DNA of 32,000 bases. It comes from Candidatus Saccharimonadota bacterium (lineage in GTDB: Bacteria; Patescibacteriota; Saccharimonadia; Saccharimonadales; Saccharimonadaceae). The notes below the pieces were generated by a model. The model ran no database searches and was not told where the DNA came from. It saw only the letters and a list, made by a program, of their open reading frames with translations. Below, one piece after another: positions 1-8,459 of the stretch. The DNA is taken from the NCBI GenBank assembly GCA_039920285.1, contig JBDSDX010000001.1:210001-242000 (forward strand). The letters run 5' to 3'. How positions within the stretch are numbered: position 1 is the stretch's first letter; each line of letters starts with the position of its first letter. The position numbers and the translations under genes are program-made.

Positions 1-2700
1 GAGGCTTGCGGTGTATATCCATGTACCGGCATTTCCTGTTGAAGGGCTTATTTTACTGTATTGAACATCACTCAGGTAATTAGCGCCGTCATAGCCACCC
101 ATTAGGTAGAGGTTATTGGCATAAGATATGGCCGTCCCGCCGCGGCGAGCTACGTCGAAACTGGTACTTGTAGTCGACCATCCCGATGTAATATTTCCGC
201 CAGAGTTGAGTTGAGGACTGACGTAGACGGTATTACACACGTTACTGCCTGTACAACCGGTACCCGTGCCTGCACCACCCATCACATAAAGACGATTGTT
301 CCAGCTCGTTGCAGCGAAGTCAGTTCGGCCAGCTGGTAGTCCATTGCTCGCTGTCCCCCATGAGGTAATATTTCCACTTGATGGAGTAGCATAGTACACT
401 TCGGCTCGTCGATCAGTTGAAGTGCTACTTTGACCACCAATGTAATAGAGTGAAGATCCTGCTGAACGTAAACTACCCCAGGCTCTGACTGCCGGTAAGG
501 CGGCAGTTGTATCCGTCCATGTACCGACGTTTCCGTTCACATCAATGGCCGCATAAGAAACCGTATTGATTGCGGTTGTACAGTCGGTTGTGCTCGTACA
601 ACCACCTGCCGCATAAAGATAGCCATTGAGGACTGCACTCGTGACACCTATTCGATTTGGAGATGTTCCGTATGTATTTGCTGATGTGCTATAACCAGCT
701 GGTGCGCCACTATCGTTGTTATAGATCTGGAAGGTCTGAATAACGTCTGTGCGTGTCGTACACCCACCTGGGCTTGCACCCACTGTACACCCACCGATAA
801 CATACGCAAATGAGTTCGAAACTGGCACACTTAGGCCCCAACGCTGGCTAATAGTTACTGAAGAGACGTGGAAGCTATCTGTGACGGTACCGAGACTTCC
901 ATCACTGACATTCACTTTAATAAACTCAATATCAGCCAGAACACCTGATGCTGCTTCGTACCCACCAACGACGTAGATATAGCCGTTATACCCAAAGGCC
1001 GCTGCACGACGCCTACCTACCGCCATAATATTTGGCGACTCAGTCCAGCCTGACGACGCGGCTATCACGACATTATTTGAATCATCGAACTTTGCGTAAC
1101 GGACGGTTTTAAGGTCTTGTTGGTTTGGCGACACTCCACCAATAAGATAAATGTATCCGGCATATACTGTCCCACTCATGATGCCAAGTCCAGATGAACT
1201 ATCTCCTGGGATGACCCCAATTTGTAATTGGCTCGTTGTCGTGCAACCAGTGAGTGTACCAGCAACTTGAATACTACATTTATAGACGTTCGCACTATAT
1301 GCAGTACACCCTGCAGATGATGAGGCTGAGCAACCCCCGAATACATAAAGGTTTCCAGGGTTAGTGCCGGCGGAAACTGGATTCGCTCGTGCATAAGCAA
1401 ATAGGTAAGAGACAGAGTTCATACCGAGCCCTGTCATTGACTGACTCGTCCAAGCGTTGATACTTCCGTCGCTATTGAGGTCTGTTCTATTTACTAGATT
1501 GGCGTTACCGGATCCTGTTAATCCACCAACCAAGTAGACACGGTTATTGAAGATGACAGGACTTGCAGCGGCTAATCCACCAGATATTGTATTGACGGTA
1601 TCTACGCACCAGGTTCCTCCTTGGTAGGCTCCGTTTGGACAGGTTGCAGGTTTACTCATTTGACCTGTCGAGGAAATAGCAACATAGGCAACGTTTCCCA
1701 TGGTGGTTGAACACAAATTATTCGTACACCCACCAACGACGTAGAGGTATCCATTACTAATAAACGAACTGTTAAGCATGTTGCCAATATTTGAAGTTCC
1801 GGGGAGGTCACATTCTGTTGGTGATCCGCCTGTACAGCTACCCACACCACTTGTGACTGATTGATCAACGGTTGATGCATCACCATCATCGTTAATCACA
1901 CCGTAATTAATACTTGCCAACATACCGGAATTACAGTCTCCTGTTGTGGTGTTCTGAGCTGAGCAACCTCCGACTTCATATACTCTATCTCGCCATGATA
2001 AAAGGGAAGACCCGGTTCTTTGATCACTGACTCCGGCCATAGTACTCCATGTATCAAGGCTTCCGTCAGCATTTATACTCGCTACTTGAGTATCAGATTT
2101 AATTGAGGTACAGTAGCCACTTCCATTCACCGCGTCACAGCCCCCAGAAATATAAAGGTAAGCACCCCATACAGTCGAGAAGTCTCCACCATTATTCATA
2201 CGACCGGTGGACATATTAGCAGCACTTACCCAAGTGTTCAGAGTTCCGTCGCTATTAATTTTGTTGTATCGAATACTAGAGAGGGGGGTGCCACCCACTG
2301 ACGAAGCGCCACCGACAACGTACAAATAATCATTATATATTTTTATACTGTGACCGTAGATATTAGTTGGGAAGGCAGTTGAGGTTGACCAGGATCCAAG
2401 TGTTCCGGTCGGGTTTATGTCAGCAATTTGGACAGTGCTCACTGGACTGCTTGTCGAGCGACCCCCCACTAAGTACATACGGTTGTTATATGCAGCCATC
2501 GCCATATCAGATCGCACATTCGAAAGGTTAGTATCTTGATACCAATATACCCAGCTGGTAGGGTTCGTATTGGTCGGGTGCCATAGCCGAGGCTCACCGT
2601 TTGCTCCAAGCTTTGCAATGTAGACTGAGTTCGTTCGGTTTCCGCTTGAATCAACACCACCAACAGCATAAAGATACCCGCTATAGGCAACAAGAGAGAA
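1..2700 (-). repeat. Array of 15 Kelch-like beta-propeller blades, period about 160-190 nt
   Basis: [YF]-x-Y-x-x-G-G blade signatures were read on the minus strand at about 95, 280, 445, 615, 800, 975, 1150, 1340, 1535, 1740, 1975, 2145, 2310, 2480 and 2665. Examples are NNLYLMGG, NRLYVMGG, GYLYAAGG, GYIYVVGG, GYLYVVGGC, RVYEVGGC, AYLYISGGC and NRMYLVGG. Many blades carry a GGC-x(4-10)-C loop, for example GGCDAVNGSGYC and GGCSAQNTTTGDC. A sixteenth blade (GGYIYSVGG, about 3745-3770) lies upstream of the Gly-rich domain. Confidence 0.75.
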
Positions 2701-4791
2701 ACTTGAACGAGCGGACGGGAGGTCATAGGCACTGTTTGTACACCAACCACTACAGGTTCCGTTACCTGGGTTAGCGCTATCGATGGTTCCTGTTGTGGTA
2801 TTAAATTGAGCCCAGTTAACCGATGGTGATGTGACAGAGCCAGCACCATAGGTTATGAGTGCTAATCCACCAGCTCCCGTCGAACCACTATTGAGTTGAG
2901 GGCCTCCAGCACCACCGTCGCCCGCTCCGTTCCGAGCAGCATCACCTGAATTTCCTGGTGTCGAACCGCTACCGGTCGTATTGGAGACACCAGTTGAACC
3001 GCTGACGGTATAGCTCGATCCACCACCTCCACCACCACCGGCTTGAACGTTGCTGCTTGTTGATCCAGCACCACCACCTCCGCCGAAGTAGCCTGCACCA
3101 CCTCCACCACCACCGGCACGGGTTGTGTTAACGTTTGGGCTTCCGCCGTTTCCACCACTTGCGAGGCCACCACTTGCACCGGAGCCGTTCACTCCATTTG
3201 AACTACGGCCATCGGCTCCGTCACCACCCGCCAGTGAGCTACCTGCACTACCGTTATTATTACCACCGGTTCCTCCAGAGCCACCGCTTGATGAAGTACC
3301 GCCGCCACCTCCGCTGGCTCCTGCTGAGCTTCCGGCAACACCACTTGTTCCTCCACCGGCTCCTCCGTTAGGACCGTTAAGAGCGTTACGGGCACCACCG
3401 CCACCACCGCCTGCAGCCGCGAGAGCGAGTGCTGTTGAGCCGCGATAAATACTACTAAAGCCACCACCACCGCCACCACCGCCTGCGTCGTTTCCACCTG
3501 CGTTATAACCACCACCACCGCCACCACCACCGACGTAAACATTGAGAGTTTCACCAGGAGTGACACTAATCGTCGATTGAGTAAAGCCACCACCGCCACC
3601 GCCACCACCAGCAGCTCCAGTTCGGGCACCACCACCACCACCACCACCGCCACCCCAAAGCTTGATGGTCATCGAAGTGACACCGGTTGGAACGACAAAA
3701 CTGCTACTCCCTTGGTTATTGAAAATTTGCCCTTGATATGAGACGCCACCGACAGAATAAATGTATCCACCCGCAACCGCCGCTGCGCTCGTCCAAACTG
3801 GGGCTGGCAACGCAGTTGTTGTGGTCCAGTTATCGAAACGGGCGCCCGTTGTTCGGCCTTTTTCAATCAGTTGTTGATCAACGTTAAAGTCGACGTTTGT
3901 TTCATTATTTCCAGCCATAAATTGTCGAGCGGTTGCCACGAAGATCGTTGGGTCAATCGTAAGTGGGTAGGTTGCGTTTGAAAGTCCGTTGACAACGACG
4001 TTTAATTTCGTGCCGTCCAATACGTAATGGGCAGTCACATTTGTTTTGAGCTTGTCACGTTCAATGACGGTTGGTTTAGGAATCAAAAACAAGAGCGTTG
4101 TTTTGTCAGCATTTTTTCGAGCAGCTTCAAGAAGTTTTGCGTCAGCATCCGTTGCAGTTGTCACTTGTCCGCTAAGTAGGGTATTTCCGTACACACCAAT
4201 ACTGCCATCAGTTTCCATTCTTGCGATGAGTCCGTTACCGAGAGAAAGGTCGTACGAGAGTGTCGTGGTATCGGTACTTGAAGAGGTGAGAATAACGTCT
4301 TCTTTAATTCCGCTCGTCTCAGCGGTATAAACAGACCAGCCTCGGCCATTCGTCATCGGATACACGACACGGTTACCATCTTTCTTCCCAGCTTCATGTT
4401 TATCGAGAGGCGTCATACCGAAGTCGACGTTATTGGTGGAATCAACAACGGTGATACCTTTTGAAATATCTTGATTGAGAGTTGCTTTGATGCCATTAGT
4501 GGCAGTGACATTCGCTGATTCGCCCGTTGCTGCGGCTGATGTCGAGAAGTTGAAAATACCTTTGGTACTATCGAGGTTAAGTTTCGAAGCTAAAGCGCTA
4601 TTTTTTTTAGTCAATAAATCCTCAGCACCACCAAGAGCATACGTTTTAGTGTCGAGGAATGGCTGGAGTACGATACCCAGATCTGAGACAACGATAGCGA
4701 GGGCAACGAGGACTAAGCGGACACGAACTGACGGTACCCTTTTGAATAGGCGTCGTAGTCGAGTGGGTATCGTGGTAAAAAATTTCTTCAT
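1..4791 (-). CDS. Giant secreted/cell-surface protein, N-terminal >=1597 codons; the 3' end lies beyond the window start. Contains a signal/anchor, a beta-rich N-terminal region, a glycine-rich domain and >=16 Kelch-like propeller blades.
   Basis: It is absent from the ORF track because it has no stop inside the window. I hand-translated the minus frame whose codons start at coordinates divisible by 3. The ATG at 4791 lies 1 nt after the TAA (4793-4795) of the upstream gene and gives MKKFFTTIPTRLRRLFKRVPSVRVRLVLVALAIVVSDLGIVLQPFLDTKTYALGGAEDLL... Spot translations at about 15 places stayed open down to position 1 (...ANNLYLMGGYDGANYLSDVQYSKISPSTGNAGTWIYTASL). All small ORFs listed in 1-4790 are in other frames. 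Confidence 0.85.
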   Translation of the reverse strand, partial: MKKFFTTIPTRLRRLFKRVPSVRVRLVLVALAIVVSDLGIVLQPFLDTKTYALGGAEDLLTKKNSALASKLNLDSTKGIFNFSTSAAATGESANVTATNGIKATLNQDISKGITVVDSTNNVDFGMTPLDKHEAGKKDGNRVVYPMTNGRGWSVYTAETSGIKEDVILTSSSTDTTTLSYDLSLGNGLIARMETDGSIGVYGNTLLSGQVTTATDADAKLLEAARKNADKTTLLFLIPKPTVIERDKLKTNVTAHYVLDGTKLNVVVNGLSNATYPLTIDPTIFVATARQFMAGNNETNVDFNVDQQLIEKGRTTGARFDNWTTTTALPAPVWTSAAAVAGGYIYSVGGVSYQGQIFNNQGSSSFVVPTGVTSMTIKLWGGGGGGGGGARTGAAGGGGGGGGFTQSTISVTPGETLNVYVGGGGGGGGYNAGGNDAGGGGGGGGFSSIYRGSTALALAAAGGGGGGARNALNGPNGGAGGGTSGVAGSSAGASGGGGGTSSSGGSGGTGGNNNGSAGSSLAGGDGADGRSSNGVNGSGASGGLASGGNGGSPNVNTTRAGGGGGGAGYFGGGGGAGSTSSNVQAGGGGGGGSSYTVSGSTGVSNTTGSGSTPGNSGDAARNGAGDGGAGGPQLNSGSTGAGGLALITYGAGSVTSPSVNWAQFNTTTGTIDSANPGNGTCSGWCTNSAYDLPSARSSFSLVAYSGYLYAVGGVDSSGNRTNSVYIAKLGANGEPRLWHPTNTNPTSWVYWYQDTNLSNVRSDMAMAAYNNRMYLVGGRSTSSPVSTVQIADINPTGTLGSWSTSTAFPTNIYGHSIKIYNDYLYVVGGASSVGGTPLSSIRYNKINSDGTLNTWVSAANMSTGRMNNGGDFSTVWGAYLYISGGCDAVNGSGYCTSIKSDTQVASINADGSLDTWSTMAGVSDQRTGSSLLSWRDRVYEVGGCSAQNTTTGDCNSGMLASINYGVINDDGDASTVDQSVTSGVGSCTGGSPTECDLPGTSNIGNMLNSSFISNGYLYVVGGCTNNLCSTTMGNVAYVAISSTGQMSKPATCPNGAYQGGTWCVDTVNTISGGLAAASPVIFNNRVYLVGGLTGSGNANLVNRTDLNSDGSINAWTSQSMTGLGMNSVSYLFAYARANPVSAGTNPGNLYVFGGCSASSSAGCTAYSANVYKCSIQVAGTLTGCTTTSQLQIGVIPGDSSSGLGIMSGTVYAGYIYLIGGVSPNQQDLKTVRYAKFDDSNNVVIAASSGWTESPNIMAVGRRRAAAFGYNGYIYVVGGYEAASGVLADIEFIKVNVSDGSLGTVTDSFHVSSVTISQRWGLSVPVSNSFAYVIGGCTVGASPGGCTTRTDVIQTFQIYNNDSGAPAGYSTSANTYGTSPNRIGVTSAVLNGYLYAAGGCTSTTDCTTAINTVSYAAIDVNGNVGTWTDTTAALPAVRAWGSLRSAGSSLYYIGGQSSTSTDRRAEVYYATPSSGNITSWGTASNGLPAGRTDFAATSWNNRLYVMGGAGTGTGCTGSNVCNTVYVSPQLNSGGNITSGWSTTSTSFDVARRGGTAISYANNLYLMGGYDGANYLSDVQYSKISPSTGNAGTWIYTASL
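2845..3699 (-). repeat. Glycine-rich domain coding region with (GGT/GGC)n tracts inside the giant gene
   Basis: Translation gives FVVPTGVTSMTIKLWGGGGGGGGARTGAAGGGGGGGGFTQSTISVTPGETLNVYVGGGGGGGGYNAGGNDAGG ... TGAGGLALITYG. On the plus strand this appears as runs of ccacc, including a perfect (ACC)7 at 3628-3648. The pattern (beta strand, WGGGGG, GGGGG, PGETLxVxVGGGG) matches the widespread 'glycine-rich domain' of large bacterial and phage surface proteins; I recognised this from memory. Confidence 0.8.
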
Positions 4792-4792
4792 A

Positions 4793-7700
4793 TTACCTGT
4801 TAGAGAAGGTGAAGTTTAAGTTTCCAATATAAGCGTTCGCATTTGAACTCGCTGTTGCATTGACCTTAAAGACAATACTATTGCCAGGCAAGAATCCACA
4901 CGTTGACGGATCGGCTGCACCGTTCGCTGTCCCAATCTGCCATGATGAGACACTTCCGGTTGATACAGCAACTGCTGGCCCACAAGCAGTGAGCCCGGTT
5001 GTAGCATCGTTTCGATAGACTTGATACTGCACCGTAGAGTTGATGCTATCGGTCCGTCCTCTAATTGAAGTTTGACCTGAAGCAAAGCTCTTGAATGATC
5101 CCGGAAGTTGGTAGGTAACATAAATGCTATAGGTCTGTGCCGTTGGTTGCGGAGATGTCCATTTATAGAAGTTATAGGTCTCGTTGGAACCGCAAATGGT
5201 TGGTTGACCTGAGGTACCGTCGTTGATGTCGAGCGTATCAGAACAGATGTCAGAGATCATTGTTCCGATACCAGTTCCATGGAGTACAGCGTTAGTATAT
5301 TCAGGTGAGATTGTAATGATATTATCTGGAGAAGAACCGCAAGCACCCCAGCCATCAGCCTCGTAACACTGCAGTTTTCCGAGTGTCGTGTCGTAGTACA
5401 TCGAACCGAGTAGTGCGTCGTTGTCACTTGCGATTGGTGCCGATGCTCCTTTATCGAGTGTCAGTAGTGTCGTTGGTCCACCATTAGCACCACCACCAAT
5501 TTGAACATTTGGTGCTGTATTTGAAGAGAGTGTCATTGAGAATTGGTCGACGGAGAAGGTGCGAGCAGCAGATGCTGTTTCGACAAAGTAGACGTACGGA
5601 TTTGTTGGGGTTGTTCCATCAGTTTTGATATAACAGGTGATCTGCGTCCAACCCGAAGTCGTTACTACTTGTGTATTGTAATCAACACAATCAACATAAT
5701 TACCACCGGCACTCGTGCTTCCATCTCTAGAGTAACGAACCTTAAAGTCATTGAATGTGCCGGTTGATAACTTAGCGTAAACAGAGACACGGTAGAGTGT
5801 GCTCACAATTGGATTGATGGCTAGCTTGTTGCGCACACCAGCATTCGCTGCACCAGTTGTGACGACAGCTTGCGCGCTGTCACTCGCTTCTGATCCATCA
5901 GTGCTATTTCGTGTCACTCCGACAGTCCCGAGACCGGCCGTCACCCAGTTTGTTGCGAAGTTTCCGGCATCATTAACACCACCATCATTTGCATAGTTGA
6001 AGTCGGCTGCAATTGTGACGCTTAAGTTGTCGACATAGAAGGTACGCGCGACGCCTGATGTTTGACGAATTAATATAGCATTATTTGACGTGATACCGGA
6101 TGCAGGTGCAGCAAATGTACAGTTTACCTTTGTCCAAATACTTGTCGTAGCTGTTTTCCCTGTCGCACATAGCACAGATGCTGTTGTTCCATCGACAGAG
6201 TAATAGACGTTCATATCAGTAAACGTTCCACTCAGGAGTCGAGTTGTGAACGATACGTTGTAATTCATATTCGTGTTCAAAGTTGTACTTAGTGTGTCTT
6301 TGACACCAGCATTTGCAGTAGCCGCAGTAGCGGTTGATACAGAAGCTTGACCAGTTGCAATGAAATCACCAGCTGTTGAGTATCTCGAAACGGTCGATGC
6401 GGATGAGCTTGACCAGGTGCTTGCAGGGAACGTTGTGACTCCACCAGACCCAATTGTTTCGGCACCTGCGTTGGTAGCGTATTCAGTCACGTTACTATTC
6501 ACAGAGAAGAGCCCAGCAGCTGAGGCAGTTTGCACACTAAGTAGTGTACCGTTGACCGGACTAGTGGAACTATCACGGATCGTGAGTCCGTTAGTTGTAG
6601 AGGTCTTGCTGACGATCAACTCAGCACCACCAGCAGATTGCAGAGTATTGTCGTAGGCAGATTGCAGAGTTGTTGAACTCGAAGCACCGGCAGCAGTCCA
6701 GTCAGCACCATTCCAGATCATGGTTGCTGTGGTGTTTTGACGCATGGCGATTGTATTTCCTGTCCCACCACCGTTGACGATGAGTGTAAAGTCATTTGAA
6801 CCGTTAGCTGCAGTAATGTAGACAACACGGCCAGCCGTCAGAATTGTTGGGTCAGGCAATGTGGCGCTCAAACCGCCATTGTTAAAACCGGCAAGGATAG
6901 CCGACGAGTTATTAACTGATGCTGCTGTGATCGTACAGCTTGCCCCAACTAATGCACCACCGGTATAACAGTTGGCGTCATTTGCGGTCGTTGAGAAGGT
7001 CGGGGTAGTGAAGACAACGAGGCCACCCGCGCCACTTCCAACACCCGTACCACCAGTAAGTGTGATATTACCACCGTTAGCATTACCAACAGTGGCGTTA
7101 CCACCTTGAATAGTAAGTGCACCACCAGTCACCGCTGTTGTCGAACTCCCCGTACCACTGACGGTGAATGCACTTGGTGCGCCCGCAGTCACACCATTTC
7201 CTAAGTAGAGTGCACCAGTCGTGTCGCTGAATGTTCCTCGAACAACACCGTTGGTGCTAATTGTGACGCCATTCTTTGCTTGGATTGCGGTAATGCCCGC
7301 AGTTGCGCTAGCACCTGAGCCAATCGTAATATTTGTGGTAGATCCAACAGTGTTGTTATTTCCGATGGCAAGCGTTTGTGTACCAGTCGCTAGCGTGGCG
7401 CTACCAATTTGAATAGTTGAAGCGCGACTTGTTCCGATTTGAATAGCACCATCTGCTCCTGATCCCGTTTTTGCACCAGCATCAATCGCAACGTTCCCAC
7501 CTGCAGCGTTTGTTCCACCAGCTGTACCCCCTTGGAGAACAAGGTTTCCACCGACAGAACCTGTTCCTGATCCACCTGTTCCGCCGGTGACAGATAAGTT
7601 TCGACCAGCCGTTGAGGCGGCTGATACCGCCAGTCCAATTGAGTGATTAGCGTTAGATCCGAACGTAATATCGCCAGTGTTGGTGAGAGTGAAAACATCA

Positions 7701-8353
7701 ACAGCAGCTGATTGTAGTTGCATGAAGTTGCCACCAGCACCGGTTTTGTTTAGGAAGACGCTACTCGTGCTCGTTGATGCATCAGTCTGGACACCTTGTG
7801 CGAGTTGGACAAAGTTAGCACTTGTTAAGCCATTCAGGCGATTGCTATTCAGTGAATACGGTGTTGCGGAGAGACGTTTCATCGGGAGTAGTTCTCCGTC
7901 AGGTGTACATGAGCTAAATGGGGTACATGAGCCGTTGGTGCTGCCGATGTTCATTGAAAGCCAGAGTGTGTCTTGGTTCCAGTCAACGTTGGTGCCGAAT
8001 GGGGTGATTGATCCGAGTTGTACTGACATGAATCCGTTGATGACCTGAACACCTTGAGTGGCGGTGTTGAGATAATTCTCAGTCCATTTCAGAGTTCCGG
8101 CAGGTGATCCACTCGTGTTTCCTGCGAGCAGTCCATCACCATCTTGGTAAATTTTAAACTGAATATTGTATGTGCCGTCAGGGACGATATTGCCAGCGGC
8201 GTTATAGAGACGACCCTGGAAATTGAGTTGTTGGTTGGTACCTGCTGCGGCATGTGCCTGTGTGCTGAAAAGCATAAAAGAGAGCAAAAGAACTCCTAGC
8301 AAAAAAGCATAGGGAGCACTAGTTTTAAAAATCCTCCACACGGTTGAAACCAT
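4793..8353 (-). CDS. 1186-aa secreted fibre-like surface protein with an N-terminal fibre module, a G/T/A-rich beta-helix-like region, two tandem CBM/jelly-roll-like domains and a Cys-containing C-terminal domain
   Basis: ATG at 8353. The signal peptide is ...FMLFSTQAHAAAG. The N-terminus reads QLNFQGRLYNAAGNIVPDGTYNIQFKIYQDGDG. Repetitive segments include GGTGGSGTGSVGGNLVLQGGTAGGTNAAGGNVAIDAG. Two homologous domains of about 160 aa end in ARTFYVDNLSVT (about 6014-6496) and ARTFSVDQFSMT (about 5528-6007). The stop lies 1 nt before the start of the giant gene. Confidence 0.85.
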   Translation of the reverse strand: MVSTVWRIFKTSAPYAFLLGVLLLSFMLFSTQAHAAAGTNQQLNFQGRLYNAAGNIVPDGTYNIQFKIYQDGDGLLAGNTSGSPAGTLKWTENYLNTATQGVQVINGFMSVQLGSITPFGTNVDWNQDTLWLSMNIGSTNGSCTPFSSCTPDGELLPMKRLSATPYSLNSNRLNGLTSANFVQLAQGVQTDASTSTSSVFLNKTGAGGNFMQLQSAAVDVFTLTNTGDITFGSNANHSIGLAVSAASTAGRNLSVTGGTGGSGTGSVGGNLVLQGGTAGGTNAAGGNVAIDAGAKTGSGADGAIQIGTSRASTIQIGSATLATGTQTLAIGNNNTVGSTTNITIGSGASATAGITAIQAKNGVTISTNGVVRGTFSDTTGALYLGNGVTAGAPSAFTVSGTGSSTTAVTGGALTIQGGNATVGNANGGNITLTGGTGVGSGAGGLVVFTTPTFSTTANDANCYTGGALVGASCTITAASVNNSSAILAGFNNGGLSATLPDPTILTAGRVVYITAANGSNDFTLIVNGGGTGNTIAMRQNTTATMIWNGADWTAAGASSSTTLQSAYDNTLQSAGGAELIVSKTSTTNGLTIRDSSTSPVNGTLLSVQTASAAGLFSVNSNVTEYATNAGAETIGSGGVTTFPASTWSSSSASTVSRYSTAGDFIATGQASVSTATAATANAGVKDTLSTTLNTNMNYNVSFTTRLLSGTFTDMNVYYSVDGTTASVLCATGKTATTSIWTKVNCTFAAPASGITSNNAILIRQTSGVARTFYVDNLSVTIAADFNYANDGGVNDAGNFATNWVTAGLGTVGVTRNSTDGSEASDSAQAVVTTGAANAGVRNKLAINPIVSTLYRVSVYAKLSTGTFNDFKVRYSRDGSTSAGGNYVDCVDYNTQVVTTSGWTQITCYIKTDGTTPTNPYVYFVETASAARTFSVDQFSMTLSSNTAPNVQIGGGANGGPTTLLTLDKGASAPIASDNDALLGSMYYDTTLGKLQCYEADGWGACGSSPDNIITISPEYTNAVLHGTGIGTMISDICSDTLDINDGTSGQPTICGSNETYNFYKWTSPQPTAQTYSIYVTYQLPGSFKSFASGQTSIRGRTDSINSTVQYQVYRNDATTGLTACGPAVAVSTGSVSSWQIGTANGAADPSTCGFLPGNSIVFKVNATASSNANAYIGNLNFTFSNR

Positions 8354-8459
8354 TTTTTCTCTTTATGTTACCTAAAGTTAGAGCTGGTGTCCTCTAGGTG
8401 TATTCTACCCGTATTAAGCATAACGTTTTTAGGGTTAATTTACAAGGAAATAACCCCTG

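Noticed and set aside
3125-3653. Pro-rich 107-aa (+) ORF, 78-aa (+) ORF and poly-Val 154-aa (-) ORF over the ccacc-rich region
   Set aside because: These are alternative-frame and antisense readings of the (GGT)n glycine-rich coding region of the giant minus-strand gene. They are low-complexity artefacts with no start signals.
648-4819. All other 60-126-aa ORFs listed between 648 and 4819
   Set aside because: They lie in the wrong frames or on the wrong strand of the continuous >=1597-codon Kelch/Gly-rich reading frame.
8432-8456. Hairpin gggtta-N13-taaccc after the 320-aa gene as an intrinsic terminator
   Set aside because: The stem is only 6 bp with a 13-nt loop, and on the coding (minus) strand it is followed by A-rich rather than U-rich sequence.
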